Made by a program: the position numbers and the translations under genes. Below the pieces are notes generated by a model, which made no database searches, was not told the origin of the DNA, and saw nothing but the letters and a program-made list of their open reading frames with translations. A stretch of DNA of 34,799 nucleotides from Fidelibacterota bacterium (GTDB lineage: Bacteria > Fidelibacterota > UBA2242), in assembly GCA_028719225.1 (NCBI GenBank), contig JAQUKI010000002.1, positions 1-34,799 of the forward strand, written 5' to 3'. Position 1 is the first letter of the stretch. Each line of letters starts with the position of its first letter. This document shows positions 16,806 to 27,378 of the stretch, in pieces.

Positions 16806-18164
16806 TTATTGTTTTGCCGATAACATTAGATCTGTGTAAATGGTATCGTCAATTGGAAAATTTATTTTACGAAAATCCGCTCTCAAATCAGTTTCAAAGG
16901 CAGAGGATAACGCACATACCATCATCGTTGCCCGAAAAGTTGCGCCTTCAACTGAATTATTCTCGGGATCATAACGACTATGCCAATCTTTATCAAAATG
17001 TTGAAGAAAAGTCAGCATTCTTTTGACCGATTCCCGATAATCGTAGTTCCCTTTTTCAGCATACTCGAAAAACTTATAAGCGACCGTCATAAAAGTTGGG
17101 AATGTTTCGTCGCCATCAGCATTTGGATCGTTCCAGGAAGAAAACGGGCAGCCGGAATCAATGTATTTTTTGTAACATCTCGCTAGCCCCTGAAATGAAT
17201 TCTCGGCGGATAGTTGGATCTCATAAGCCAGATCGGAACTGATCCCAAATTTTTTATAATCATTTACAAGACAGTACGAGGTTGCGTGTGCAAATATTTG
17301 TGCCATCGCTTCAGAATAGATCGCGTTAGCATTACCATCAGATTTTCCACCGAAATAGTAGTCAGCCGGAGTATTCAAGGTAAAATTATGGCCCATTTCA
17401 TGGAAAAAAGACGACCACTGAATTGACCCCTGAAATCCATAATCTCCGACGCCAAAACTTACCGGATTCGTGTACCAGAGCGAGTACATTCCGCCAAATC
17501 CGGCATCTCTCAATAACACCTGTTGAAAAGTATCATTCGCCATATATACATCACTATTGACAAAATCCATTTGAATACTTGCCGCCACACCGAGGATGTA
17601 TTCAATCATCTCTCTGGATATTTCCGTAAAAAATTCATCCGGGAAAAAAGACAGAGTCTCCGAAAATTTGTACATGCCTTCCTGCGGTAAACGACTGCCG
17701 AGTTCGACTTTTGAATTCGGAATGGTGACGGTTATTTTGTTGCTGAGTGGAACAGGTTTCAACTCCAGAGAAACAAACCGGACAAACGCTTCAACGGTTT
17801 CAGATGAGGAGTCGGGATAGCAGGCTTTTACTTTAACGATATAATTCTGAGTCCGATCAGTATAAATATGTTCCTGAGGAAAACTGCCTTTAGTTACTGA
17901 ACCATCGCCCCAATTCCATAAAAATAGAGTCGTAGGTTTTCGACTATTGCCACCTCTAATGACAACGTTTCCCGTAGTTTTATCTACCGACTTAACGTTC
18001 ACGTACATCGTCGGCACTTCACTCAGGACATACTTGGAATAATTGAAAGGCTTTTTATCTTTACAATTATTGATCTGACAGAGAGAACTACAACTATAGC
18101 AAAAAACAAAACTGGATATTAAACAAAGCATCATGATCGTATTTTTCATATTCTGTCCAAACAT
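16806..18164 (-). CDS. Secreted HEMGHN zinc-metallopeptidase-like protein (gluzincin, M60-like) with an N-terminal PKD-like domain
   Basis: Signal peptide. PKD-like WNWGDGSVTKGSFPQEHIYTDRTQNYIVKVKA. HEMGHN is followed by Glu at +26 (IYSEAMAQ), which fits HEXXHX(8,28)E. The C-terminal DLRADFRKINFPID is shared with the 21615-23117 paralogue. Confidence 0.6.
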   Translation of the reverse strand: MFGQNMKNTIMMLCLISSFVFCYSCSSLCQINNCKDKKPFNYSKYVLSEVPTMYVNVKSVDKTTGNVVIRGGNSRKPTTLFLWNWGDGSVTKGSFPQEHIYTDRTQNYIVKVKACYPDSSSETVEAFVRFVSLELKPVPLSNKITVTIPNSKVELGSRLPQEGMYKFSETLSFFPDEFFTEISREMIEYILGVAASIQMDFVNSDVYMANDTFQQVLLRDAGFGGMYSLWYTNPVSFGVGDYGFQGSIQWSSFFHEMGHNFTLNTPADYYFGGKSDGNANAIYSEAMAQIFAHATSYCLVNDYKKFGISSDLAYEIQLSAENSFQGLARCYKKYIDSGCPFSSWNDPNADGDETFPTFMTVAYKFFEYAEKGNYDYRESVKRMLTFLQHFDKDWHSRYDPENNSVEGATFRATMMVCALSSAFETDLRADFRKINFPIDDTIYTDLMLSAKQ

Positions 18165-18212
18165 TTATTTACTCGATTATTCATACACTTATTCATCTTC
18201 TTAAAAGAGGAT

Positions 18213-20228
18213 TTATTCAACTTCATTAAGCAATAGGTAATCAATCCCAAACATGTTACTTTTCGCCGCTTCCGGATTCGATCCAACAATCTCCACAGTC
18301 AGTTTATGTTCACCTTTCGTTAATTGGTGAATACCCACATCTTGAATCTTAAATGGAATTACTGAAACGCTATACAAATCAATCGGATCGCCAAGTTTTT
18401 TTCCATCCAGACTGAGTTGAAAAATGCCATAGTCACCAGCTTTGGTCAGTTGCATCTCCAACCGGTATTTCCCGGCTTTTTCTACCGGCACCGATAAAGT
18501 TAACACGTCTCCGGGGAATGCATCGGTCCACCAAAGTTGAGATTCTCCGCTCCACCCCGAACCGAACATATGCAGTTTCTGCGGTCTGACTTTTCCTTTT
18601 GTCGTTCCTAAAACCGTTAAATTTTCTCCTTCCAAAACACCGTCAACTCTATAAACCGGCGGCATGATACAATAACCGATGCGCTGATCGACCGGAACCG
18701 ATTCATAAGGATCAACACCTCCCGGCGCAAGATACCAGTAAACAATACTTGCATAAAGTGTTGGAATACTGTTAGCAAAATATTTCTCAATAATTCCTTC
18801 AAAAGACTTTGTAAATGGAATGTTATCCGTAATATGCCAGCGGTTCACCGATACGTGTCCGGCGTTCTCCATGCTAATCGTTTGATTATGGAAACAGTTT
18901 GAAAACAACGTCGGACAGCACCAAGCGTAACCAAAATAATCTTCGGATCCCGTTCCGAACGTCGAAGGAAATTTTTCGCCGTCTACGAAAAACTTTTCAT
19001 CGCCCTCACCCCACCATTCGCCTTTAGGATTCCATACATGGAGCATAACTCCACAGAATCTTCCGCGACCTTTTGTCGTTAAAAGCGTCCAATCAGGCCA
19101 TCGATCATTTCTTTCAATCAAGAAGGCGTCGCGATGCCATTTTGCATGAAAACGACCGAATTCTTCGATTGGACGACTAAGCGGAGCATGCGTGACTGTA
19201 AAAGACACCTCTCGTTCAGTAGAGCCATCATTTACTAATTCGACTATAGCCGTTGAACCAAACGGCATATACCAGTTTGAATAAAATCCGTTTTCCGCCA
19301 TTCCCATTGGAAAAGATTTATATTTGTTTTCACCTGGGGCGGTTCCAAAAAAGTCACCCAACGGAGCCCAGACGCTTGGCTTTGATTCACCGTCCCAATA
19401 TATCCTCAAAGCAAGTTCACGAAGTACATCGCGATCTGCAGGAGAATCCGGTAAATTAATTTTAACCTTAAGAGAAGTAATAGCGCGTTTTCCCTTCAAT
19501 TGAATGACTTTTTGGGTGCTTCCGGGAGATACTCTCACGTTTTTTTGTTCGGTAATCTCACCAGCCTTTTCCATAACTGGACTGTCTCCACAGTGTAAAA
19601 GTTTTTCATTAGCTTTGTCAAGAGCCGCCGCTTCGGAAGGCGTAAGTTCACGCTTGAATGTCGGCAGGATAGTTTCTTTCGGATAGGTCGCATAAGTGAA
19701 ATGGTAGTATGCTCCCCAACCTTTTTCGGCAGTGATTTTACAGGATTTCTGATATGGAATCGGAATGTAGCAATTTAATCCACTACCTGTCTGATGGACA
19801 AGCGCCGGACGGGTAAACGGTTCTTTCTCACAATTAAAATATTGACTAAACGGTAAATCGACGACTGGCTCCTGATTTCCGTCTAAGTATATTTTTACAT
19901 GTCCGTCGCCTGCTTTAGCCGACCAAATTCGCCAGATCACTCCTGGACCTTCCATTTCCGCAAATACGAATTCGTCATTTTCCTGGCGGATAATTCCATT
20001 GCCGTCACTATTCGCTGCCCAATTGATATACCGGTCGTTTATCTCATCGTATTTGCTCCTACGGTCGTAGCTGGACCATTGCCCACACTTTTCACCGTCA
20101 ACGGGAAGTAATGCTAATCCTTCCAAATCGGTTAGGTTGTTAATAAGATCGATATAGGTGATTTTTTCTTTAGCAATAAGTGAGGAAAGCATGAGAACTC
20201 CAATTCCAATTATTTTAATCCTACTCAT
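18213..20228 (-). CDS. GH172 (DUF2961) family glycoside hydrolase with an extra C-terminal beta-sandwich (CBM-like) domain, secreted
   Basis: GPGVIWRIWSA..VKIYLDG and FFVDGEKFPSTFGTGSEDYFGYAW are DUF2961 hallmarks. Signal peptide present. The last ~130 aa (LEGENL...GIDYLLLNEV) look like a binding module. Confidence 0.75.
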   Translation of the reverse strand: MSRIKIIGIGVLMLSSLIAKEKITYIDLINNLTDLEGLALLPVDGEKCGQWSSYDRRSKYDEINDRYINWAANSDGNGIIRQENDEFVFAEMEGPGVIWRIWSAKAGDGHVKIYLDGNQEPVVDLPFSQYFNCEKEPFTRPALVHQTGSGLNCYIPIPYQKSCKITAEKGWGAYYHFTYATYPKETILPTFKRELTPSEAAALDKANEKLLHCGDSPVMEKAGEITEQKNVRVSPGSTQKVIQLKGKRAITSLKVKINLPDSPADRDVLRELALRIYWDGESKPSVWAPLGDFFGTAPGENKYKSFPMGMAENGFYSNWYMPFGSTAIVELVNDGSTEREVSFTVTHAPLSRPIEEFGRFHAKWHRDAFLIERNDRWPDWTLLTTKGRGRFCGVMLHVWNPKGEWWGEGDEKFFVDGEKFPSTFGTGSEDYFGYAWCCPTLFSNCFHNQTISMENAGHVSVNRWHITDNIPFTKSFEGIIEKYFANSIPTLYASIVYWYLAPGGVDPYESVPVDQRIGYCIMPPVYRVDGVLEGENLTVLGTTKGKVRPQKLHMFGSGWSGESQLWWTDAFPGDVLTLSVPVEKAGKYRLEMQLTKAGDYGIFQLSLDGKKLGDPIDLYSVSVIPFKIQDVGIHQLTKGEHKLTVEIVGSNPEAAKSNMFGIDYLLLNEVE

Positions 20229-20281
20229 CTATCCATTTCCATGAGCATTTGTATCTACTAATACAACGTATGATAATGGTT

Positions 20282-21583
20282 TCACTTTTTCCCGTCAGAA
20301 TTCATTCGATCCTGAAGCGCGAAGAAGTCCGCGACATTTTCATACATTATCTTTTTAGCCAATGCGATAGCGAAGTTAAAATCGTACAAACCACTCTGGA
20401 CTTTATCAGCCAGGACTCCTGCCAGTATTTCCCGGAAATAGAGTGTCTGCCCGAGCGCGCCTTCATAAACGCGATAACTATCTGCACCCCACATAATCTT
20501 ATTCTGCGGCACCATTTCTATCCATTCACTCAAACAACGCCGGGATAAATCCAGAGAAGTCCATTGCATACCGTTTATGTCGAGATAAGCGTTTGGGTAA
20601 TTGTTCGCCAAAACGCCAAATTCACTCGTGTACGGAATCCCTCCATGGAAGACATCGAATTTCAACTTTGGATATTTTCTCATCAAAGTAGTCAGATTAT
20701 TAGGATTTGTATTTTCGATGAACTGGAAATTCCAGGCGAGTTTACCGGTATGAAACTGGATCGGCAGATCACTCTCTTCCGTCAAGCGGCAGATTTCATT
20801 CATCACAAAATCCTGCAATATCTTTTTCTCGTTCGGCGTGATATTCTTTAGACCTTTATCGAAAATGCATTTCGCCGTTACTTCATCAACATCCGCGTAA
20901 TTAATTGTCCGGTAATAAGCCGCTACGGACTTGATAGCGACAGCGCCGCCTTCCTTGAACTGCTTAAAAACTGAGCGGATTAGATCCAGTAAATCCTGAA
21001 ACGTTCTCAGACTGACGCCAAATCTCTTCTCAAGTCGTTTTATACCTTCGGGATCCGTACCCTGCATCATCAGAAAATCCATTTTCATCGATGGAATTAA
21101 ATAATCTCTGTCGGTTGAAAGCGTATCCATATCCACAACAGCGACCTGAATATTCCCTTTCTCGCGCAAGACATAATCGATCCAATCTTCCCGTTTGTAA
21201 GCAGCAACGATCTGCTCGTTCAGCATTGCCCAATTTTCATCGTCGATATTTACATAGGGAAAATCATAAACCGCCTTAAACCCGCGCAATAATCCTAGAT
21301 AGGACACCATATTCTCGATATTCCGCATATAAGGTCCAACAACCTTCCATTTCTTGACCGAATCCGTCGTACCCTGCGGCCAGGGTGTTGCGGCGTGCGA
21401 ACCGATTCCCGGCATTCCGGATACCGTCAAGTCAGAGTTTAGGTTATGAAATAGGATGTCACAGAGATCAAATTTCGGCCATTCTCCATCTGGATTGGGT
21501 GCAAAATGGTCATGCGATTCATAAATCGGCAAAGCATCGACAACTGCTTTAATATCTGCGTAAATGTCTGACTGTTTTTTCAT
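20282..21583 (-). CDS. Amidohydrolase-fold (TIM-barrel metal-dependent) enzyme, distantly uronate isomerase (UxaC)-like
   Basis: N-terminal LPIYESHDHFAP compares with UxaC PIFDYHCHLPP. The C-terminal FREILAGVLADKV...KKIMYENVADFFAL resembles the UxaC C-terminus. No signal peptide. Confidence 0.5.
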   Translation of the reverse strand: MKKQSDIYADIKAVVDALPIYESHDHFAPNPDGEWPKFDLCDILFHNLNSDLTVSGMPGIGSHAATPWPQGTTDSVKKWKVVGPYMRNIENMVSYLGLLRGFKAVYDFPYVNIDDENWAMLNEQIVAAYKREDWIDYVLREKGNIQVAVVDMDTLSTDRDYLIPSMKMDFLMMQGTDPEGIKRLEKRFGVSLRTFQDLLDLIRSVFKQFKEGGAVAIKSVAAYYRTINYADVDEVTAKCIFDKGLKNITPNEKKILQDFVMNEICRLTEESDLPIQFHTGKLAWNFQFIENTNPNNLTTLMRKYPKLKFDVFHGGIPYTSEFGVLANNYPNAYLDINGMQWTSLDLSRRCLSEWIEMVPQNKIMWGADSYRVYEGALGQTLYFREILAGVLADKVQSGLYDFNFAIALAKKIMYENVADFFALQDRMNSDGKK

Positions 21584-21614
21584 TGTTCCTTCTTCAATAT
21601 AAATGTGAATTATC

Positions 21615-23117
21615 TTAGTTCACCGTAAGACTTTTCTTGACCAGCGGTAAGATTGTTTTATAAAATTTATTATCGATCGGGTAGTTCCATTTTTGAAACT
21701 GTTTGCGGAGATCGTGATCGGCGGCAACACTGAATGCCGTCACGAATATCGTTGTGCGTTTGGTATCGTCATTGCCAGCCAATTGATATATTTGGTCGTT
21801 CACGTCGTTCTTTAGAAATATCCTGAAAAACCCGGGAAACATTTCCCAGCCAAACTTATCTCCTAAACGAATACAAATACCGTCGAGTATGTCGGGAGTC
21901 ATTCGATCTCTACCCAGTTTCCGGGTTTCGTAAGATTCCAGGGCTGCCAAGAATTTTTCCCGCATCGATTTGTTCTCTTCGTCGACCAGATTCTTCATAA
22001 GTGGCGTTAGTTCGTTTTTATCGATTGTTTCTGCAACATAAAGACTTGCCAGAGAAGCTAGTCCTTCGGCAAAGCCATTGAAAATAGCGGTTTTATCATA
22101 GTATTCTTCTCCCAGCAGGTAGGCGAATCCCGGTAATCCTCCAAACTGGAAATTGTGCCCCATTTCGTGAAATGTGATAAAAAGTGAAAACTTGTTTTCG
22201 TTCAGGTGATTTTTCCCAAAATGGATGGGATTCCCGCTATAGGCAAAATTGATTGTGGGATCATATAAAAAGCCCTGTTTTTCTCCGGGAAGAGGCCCCA
22301 ACGAAGGGACTTGACCGGCCGAGAGTTCCTTCTCGATAGAATAACCAGTGTCCAACAGGTGTACCAAATCCATTGCATCGATTGTAGGTTCGTACCATTT
22401 TGGGAAATCCATCTGGATGTACTGCCCTTCATATCGCTGTATCTTTCCTAAATCACCAGCGGGAAGATCCTGCGGCTTACTTGTGCCGACCCATTCCGTC
22501 CCGGCCGGAAACACCCGAAGTTCCCAACGATACAAACGTTTTCTAAAACGTGAGCCGTCCTGAAAAATACCGTTAAAGGAAAAACTACACGTGTCGAATC
22601 GCCCCGATTTATAGTACTGAGTTTTATCGGTGCTGTAGATTTCGATTTCATAATTTGCGATGGCAGAATATGGACTCCACCGAAATGTCAACGGATTTTG
22701 CTCGGCGACATTTTCCAGATCGACGCTCTCGCCGTCTTGCGGATAGAGAGTTTTCACTGCAAATCCATCAACCTGTCGAAGGATTTTTTGCTGGTTTGTT
22801 TCATCGATTTTGAGATTTTTAGTCCGCCACTGGAGCGGCATCCGAACACCGACATCCGCCGGATGAGTGATCAGATAGTAATCACCATCCGGCAAATTTG
22901 AAACCACAAAAATACCGTTTGAGTCCGAATCCGTTTTACCAAAATACAGGCCGGTTGTAGCATTATGAATATTAATGCGCAAACTGCACGGTTTCTCATT
23001 CTCGAAAAATACTCCTCGGATTTCGCCGTTTGCATCACCCGCATTCGCTTCATTTATCAATAAACATGACATTGTTATAAACACCATCAAAACGTATAGA
23101 ATCTGTTTATTTCTCAT
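21615..23117 (-). CDS. Secreted HEMGHN zinc-metallopeptidase-like protein (gluzincin, M60-like) with an N-terminal CarboxypepD_reg-like domain
   Basis: Signal peptide. SDSNGIFVVSNLPDGDYYL is a carboxypeptidase-regulatory-like fold. HEMGHNFQ is followed by Glu residues at +16/+17 and by NGFAEGLA. The C-terminal DLRKQFQKWNYPID is paralogous to 16806-18164. Confidence 0.6.
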   Translation of the reverse strand: MRNKQILYVLMVFITMSCLLINEANAGDANGEIRGVFFENEKPCSLRINIHNATTGLYFGKTDSDSNGIFVVSNLPDGDYYLITHPADVGVRMPLQWRTKNLKIDETNQQKILRQVDGFAVKTLYPQDGESVDLENVAEQNPLTFRWSPYSAIANYEIEIYSTDKTQYYKSGRFDTCSFSFNGIFQDGSRFRKRLYRWELRVFPAGTEWVGTSKPQDLPAGDLGKIQRYEGQYIQMDFPKWYEPTIDAMDLVHLLDTGYSIEKELSAGQVPSLGPLPGEKQGFLYDPTINFAYSGNPIHFGKNHLNENKFSLFITFHEMGHNFQFGGLPGFAYLLGEEYYDKTAIFNGFAEGLASLASLYVAETIDKNELTPLMKNLVDEENKSMREKFLAALESYETRKLGRDRMTPDILDGICIRLGDKFGWEMFPGFFRIFLKNDVNDQIYQLAGNDDTKRTTIFVTAFSVAADHDLRKQFQKWNYPIDNKFYKTILPLVKKSLTVN

Positions 23118-23142
23118 TCCAATTCCATTAGAATCACAGGGA

Positions 23143-24531
23143 TTATACTTTCTTTTTTGAATTCACGCTTTCAAGGAACCTGTTTGTTGCATCGTGCAAT
23201 TTCAAGCAGACTTTTTTGGCATTGAGTTCCTCGCCAAAATAGAGTAATTCAGTGTTTCTACGGTAAATATCTTCCCATTCCTGATATTTACTAATGTAAG
23301 GCACAACGACACCATCCCTATGGGCTAAATCATAAAACACTTTTTTATAACTGGTCATTTTCTTCGCAATTTTGCCCTGCGGTAATCCATATTCGTACAT
23401 GGACTGTCGGCTGACAAACATTCTGCCACTTTCGCCGATGATCTTCAGATTTTCAGGATTACTGAGCATGTAGCGTGTCAATTCATAAGCGATGTGTTTA
23501 TGAGCGGCTTTTTGCGGAATGGACAGCGCCGAACCGCCGACGAATTGGAACCGTCCCTTGTTGCCTCTGGGGGTTGGCGCTACTGTCCAGTTGAATTTAT
23601 CTTCCAGCAAATCACCGAAAGCCGGAGCTCCCAAATCGAAATTAATCGCTATCACGCCATCGACAAACGGTTGAGGTCTGCCCTGAGTTAGTTCCGGAAC
23701 CGGGGCCACTTTATGCTTCCAGCGTAGATCGTTCATCCACTGATAAGCCTCGATCGTCTCGGGCAAATTAAATTTGGACTCTGTCATGTCCTCATTGAAC
23801 CAGTCTCCGCCAAACGAACGTAAGATCCAGTACTGATAACCGGCATTTGCCTCGCTGCCCAGATTGAGACCGAACTGCCGAGTTCCTTTTGTAAGTTTTT
23901 TCCCAACCCGCAGTAGATCGTCGAACGTCCAGTTTTCAGTCGGCAATTCCTCGTCGATCGTTTTGTACATATCGAGGTTTACGTACAATCCGCCGGTCGC
24001 ATAGTCGTATGGAAAACCGTACTGACTTTTATTATATTGAAAAGATTCTACCTGTGTGCCATAATACTCCTGCGGCCAGCCGTCCGGTTTGAAAAATTCG
24101 ATAAACGGATCCAAATTCTGTAACAGGTCGATCGACGCAAATGATTTGGCGCGGGTATCGTGCATCCAAACGAGATCGGGCGGTGAACCTCCGGCTAACA
24201 GAACCGGTAACTTCGTATTATAATTCGCGAAACTGATACCCCAATCCAGTTGCACCTTGATATTCGGATAATATTTCTTGAAGAACGTGTTGATGATACG
24301 TTCCCATTTTTCAAACTGAAAGGCGCTTTCCCAGCTCATTATTTTAAATGTACCGGTAATATTCGGATCAACTACGCCCATAGTCCATGCAGTTTGAGGA
24401 TACTTCACATCAAACGACAATAGTTTTGAGGATACGGCTTTTTCGGTATTTCCACAAAAGCGTAAGTAAGACAAACCATATGCCCCAATTCCCAATTGGC
24501 CAAGTTTTTTTAAAAATTCTCTTCTGATCAT
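23143..24531 (-). CDS. ABC transporter extracellular solute-binding protein (family 1, carbohydrate type) with Tat signal
   Basis: The N-terminus MIRREFLKKLGQLGIGAYG carries a twin-arginine motif. At 462 aa it has the typical sugar-SBP size and composition, and it is adjacent to two MalFG-type permeases. Confidence 0.8.
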   Translation of the reverse strand: MIRREFLKKLGQLGIGAYGLSYLRFCGNTEKAVSSKLLSFDVKYPQTAWTMGVVDPNITGTFKIMSWESAFQFEKWERIINTFFKKYYPNIKVQLDWGISFANYNTKLPVLLAGGSPPDLVWMHDTRAKSFASIDLLQNLDPFIEFFKPDGWPQEYYGTQVESFQYNKSQYGFPYDYATGGLYVNLDMYKTIDEELPTENWTFDDLLRVGKKLTKGTRQFGLNLGSEANAGYQYWILRSFGGDWFNEDMTESKFNLPETIEAYQWMNDLRWKHKVAPVPELTQGRPQPFVDGVIAINFDLGAPAFGDLLEDKFNWTVAPTPRGNKGRFQFVGGSALSIPQKAAHKHIAYELTRYMLSNPENLKIIGESGRMFVSRQSMYEYGLPQGKIAKKMTSYKKVFYDLAHRDGVVVPYISKYQEWEDIYRRNTELLYFGEELNAKKVCLKLHDATNRFLESVNSKKKV

Positions 24532-24562
24532 ATCAGTTTTCCTTCAAATATAGGTTACGCGA

Positions 24563-25405
24563 TCAGCCCTTGAGTCCTGAGGTGACAACACCTTTTACAT
24601 AGTATTTTTGGCCGATGACGAAAAGTATGAGGATCGGCAAAACAGTTGCACAGGAAGCTGCCATTATCAGGTGCCAGGGCGTCTCCGCCGCAATGCGCGT
24701 CTGAAACATTACCAGTCCCAGCGGTAATGTCTTCTTGCCGATTGTATTTATCATGATCAAAGGCCAAAAGAAATTGTTCCAAGTCCCCATGAATGTAAAG
24801 ATGCCCAAAGTCGCAAAAACCGGCTTGCATTGCGGCACGATAATCTTCCAATACAGCTGCCAATAATTGCACCCATCAATTTTAGCCGCATCTTCAAGCG
24901 CCCTTGGAATTCCCATCATAAATTGACGCATTAAAAAAGTACCCCAGGCGCTAAACAAACAGGGAACAATTAAGGATTTGAGCGTGTCCGTCCACCCGAG
25001 CGACTGCATGATAATGAATAACGGGATCATCAACACCGGGAAAGGAATCATCATCGTTGCCAGATACATAAGGAATAATTTATCACGTCCCGGAAACCGT
25101 AGACGAGCAAAGGCATATCCGCCAAACGAACATGTAAACAACTGCCCGACTGTCACACAAACCGTCACAAAAATCGAATTAAATAAAAACCGATCGAATG
25201 GAAGCGCATTCCATGCATCTATATAGTTAGACCACTGAAATTTCTTGGGCATGAACACCGGTGGAAATGTCCAGATTTCTCCGGCCGTCTTAAAAGACGA
25301 AAATATCATCCAAACAAACGGCAGAATTACCGCCATACTAGAAATTATCAATATTGTGTATGTGATAAAATTAGCAATATAATTTTGGGTATTTTTATTC
25401 AACAT
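24563..25405 (-). CDS. Carbohydrate ABC transporter permease (MalG-like)
   Basis: 6-TM profile. EAA loop LEDAAKIDGCNYWQLYWKIIVP. Confidence 0.85.
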   Translation of the reverse strand: MLNKNTQNYIANFITYTILIISSMAVILPFVWMIFSSFKTAGEIWTFPPVFMPKKFQWSNYIDAWNALPFDRFLFNSIFVTVCVTVGQLFTCSFGGYAFARLRFPGRDKLFLMYLATMMIPFPVLMIPLFIIMQSLGWTDTLKSLIVPCLFSAWGTFLMRQFMMGIPRALEDAAKIDGCNYWQLYWKIIVPQCKPVFATLGIFTFMGTWNNFFWPLIMINTIGKKTLPLGLVMFQTRIAAETPWHLIMAASCATVLPILILFVIGQKYYVKGVVTSGLKG

Positions 25406-25411
25406 GACGGA

Positions 25412-26317
25412 TCATTCCACCCCTTCATCGAAAACCCATTTGTTTGAAAAATGCCACTGGATAAGAGTTAATATGAGAACGATAATGAACAACATCATCG
25501 CAACTGTTGCGGCATATCCCATTTTGAACCACTCAAAGGCGTTTTGAAAAATATAATATACTAGAGTCGTCGTTGCTCCGGAGGGGCCGCCACGGGTCAT
25601 GATGTAAAATTGGTCAAAACCCTGAATGGAGCCAATTGTCGTCGTTACAATCACGAAGAATGTCGTGGGTGAGATCAATGGAATCGTGATGTGAACAATT
25701 TTATGCCACCAGTTGGCGCCGTCGATTTCGGCCGCTTCGTAATATCGTTCCGGTATACCTTGCAGTCCTGCCAAAAAGATCAACATTGAATATCCGGTAC
25801 CTTTCCAGATGCCCATTATTATAATCGCCGGCATTGCCCACTCCTTGCTTTGTAACCAGCGTGGGCCGGTTATACCGATTTTCCCCAGAAAATAATTGAA
25901 CAATCCGAAGTCGGCATTATACAACCACGACCATACTATCGCAATGGCGACAAGCAGAGTAACGCTCGGTAAAAATTGCAGAGTCCGAAAGAACACAACT
26001 CCACGAATTTTCCTGTTTAGCAAGTACGCCAGGGAAAAGGCCAGGATGACCGTTAGCGGTATCGTACCGATGGCATAGTAAAACGTATTCCAGAGATATG
26101 TCCAGAATAGTTCATCTTTGAGAACGTTTGCAAAATTCTCAAATCCTACGAACTTTGGACTTGAAGCAAGATTCCAACTTGTAAAAGTGAGAAATACACT
26201 GGCAATAATCGGTATTAAACTAAAGATCAGAAACCCAAGTAAATTGGGAGATAGAAAGCTATAGCCAGCAATTTTTTCTTTTTGAATATAGTTCAGTTTA
26301 AACAATTTGTTTATCAC
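25412..26317 (-). CDS. Carbohydrate ABC transporter permease (MalF-like)
   Basis: AGYSFLSPNLLGF N-terminus. EAA loop YYEAAEIDGANWWHKIVHITIP. GTG start as annotated, with no clear RBS. Confidence 0.85.
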   Translation of the reverse strand: MINKLFKLNYIQKEKIAGYSFLSPNLLGFLIFSLIPIIASVFLTFTSWNLASSPKFVGFENFANVLKDELFWTYLWNTFYYAIGTIPLTVILAFSLAYLLNRKIRGVVFFRTLQFLPSVTLLVAIAIVWSWLYNADFGLFNYFLGKIGITGPRWLQSKEWAMPAIIIMGIWKGTGYSMLIFLAGLQGIPERYYEAAEIDGANWWHKIVHITIPLISPTTFFVIVTTTIGSIQGFDQFYIMTRGGPSGATTTLVYYIFQNAFEWFKMGYAATVAMMLFIIVLILTLIQWHFSNKWVFDEGVE

Positions 26318-26385
26318 TTAAGTTATAATTTAGAAATCATTAACGATTTTCAAATAAATCTGTCCGGATCTATTTGGCTCCAAGT

Positions 26386-27378
26386 TTAGGCGATATCGAT
26401 TACCACCTTGAGCGTTTCGTGTAAATCATTCAGGCATTTGTTCAAACCCTTTTCTATGTCCTCCAGAGGAAAATGATGCGTAATCAGTTCATTGACTTTT
26501 AGTCTTCCGGATGCAACTAATTCAACAACAAAATTCGCGAGGTTTTTTGTTCTGTCGATCCCAGGTTCAAATCCTCTCATCGTAATGTCTTCGTTACTCA
26601 CATACCAAGTATTTACGAAGTCATTCAGCCGGCGATGGCCGAAAATAATATATCTTCCGTGCCGTTTCAACAGGTTTAATCCCAATTCGACCGAATTTCC
26701 TTTAGCCCAGCGATTGTCACCCATTGCATCGATTACCATGTCGAGTTGCCCGACTTTCTGCTGAAGAATCTCAAGCGCTTCATCATACGTTTTACAGGAT
26801 AAATTCAATGTATAATCAGCCGCCAATTCTCTGGACTTTGCAAGACGGTTATCGTACAAATCGACCGTGTAAATTTCAGCGGCACCAGCCAATTTCGCTT
26901 CCTGTGCTAAAAACAATCCAGCAGGACCTTGCCCGAATATTAAAACTTTATCTCCAATATGCAAACCGGAATCATAGATCAAACGAATGGTACCACACGC
27001 TAATTCTAACAGCGCTCCTTCATCGTAGGTCATGCCATCCTTCATTTTACAGACTCCAAGCACGTTAGGCTTAATTGTGTTATATTCCGCAAATCCTCCA
27101 GTCATCTTGACCCAATAACCGACACGATCACCTAATTTATAATCATTAGAACATTCTTTACCAACCTCAATGACCTCTCCACAGCATTCATGTCCTAAAA
27201 TATGGGGCATCGGTGGAGTGGCTCTTGGGCGAAAATCACCTTGCCAAATATGAGTGTCTGTTGTATTACATATCGCAGAACGGTGAACTTTTATAAGCAA
27301 TTCGTCCGGACCGCATTTCGGTATCGGAACATCATCGATGGACAATTGTATCGGTTTGTGCAGGACTGCCGCTTTCAT
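26386..27378 (-). CDS. Zinc-dependent medium-chain dehydrogenase (sorbitol/threonine dehydrogenase-like)
   Basis: GHECCGEV zinc site, GQGPAGL Rossmann motif, 330 aa, AAGGAG RBS. Confidence 0.85.
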   Translation of the reverse strand: MKAAVLHKPIQLSIDDVPIPKCGPDELLIKVHRSAICNTTDTHIWQGDFRPRATPPMPHILGHECCGEVIEVGKECSNDYKLGDRVGYWVKMTGGFAEYNTIKPNVLGVCKMKDGMTYDEGALLELACGTIRLIYDSGLHIGDKVLIFGQGPAGLFLAQEAKLAGAAEIYTVDLYDNRLAKSRELAADYTLNLSCKTYDEALEILQQKVGQLDMVIDAMGDNRWAKGNSVELGLNLLKRHGRYIIFGHRRLNDFVNTWYVSNEDITMRGFEPGIDRTKNLANFVVELVASGRLKVNELITHHFPLEDIEKGLNKCLNDLHETLKVVIDIA

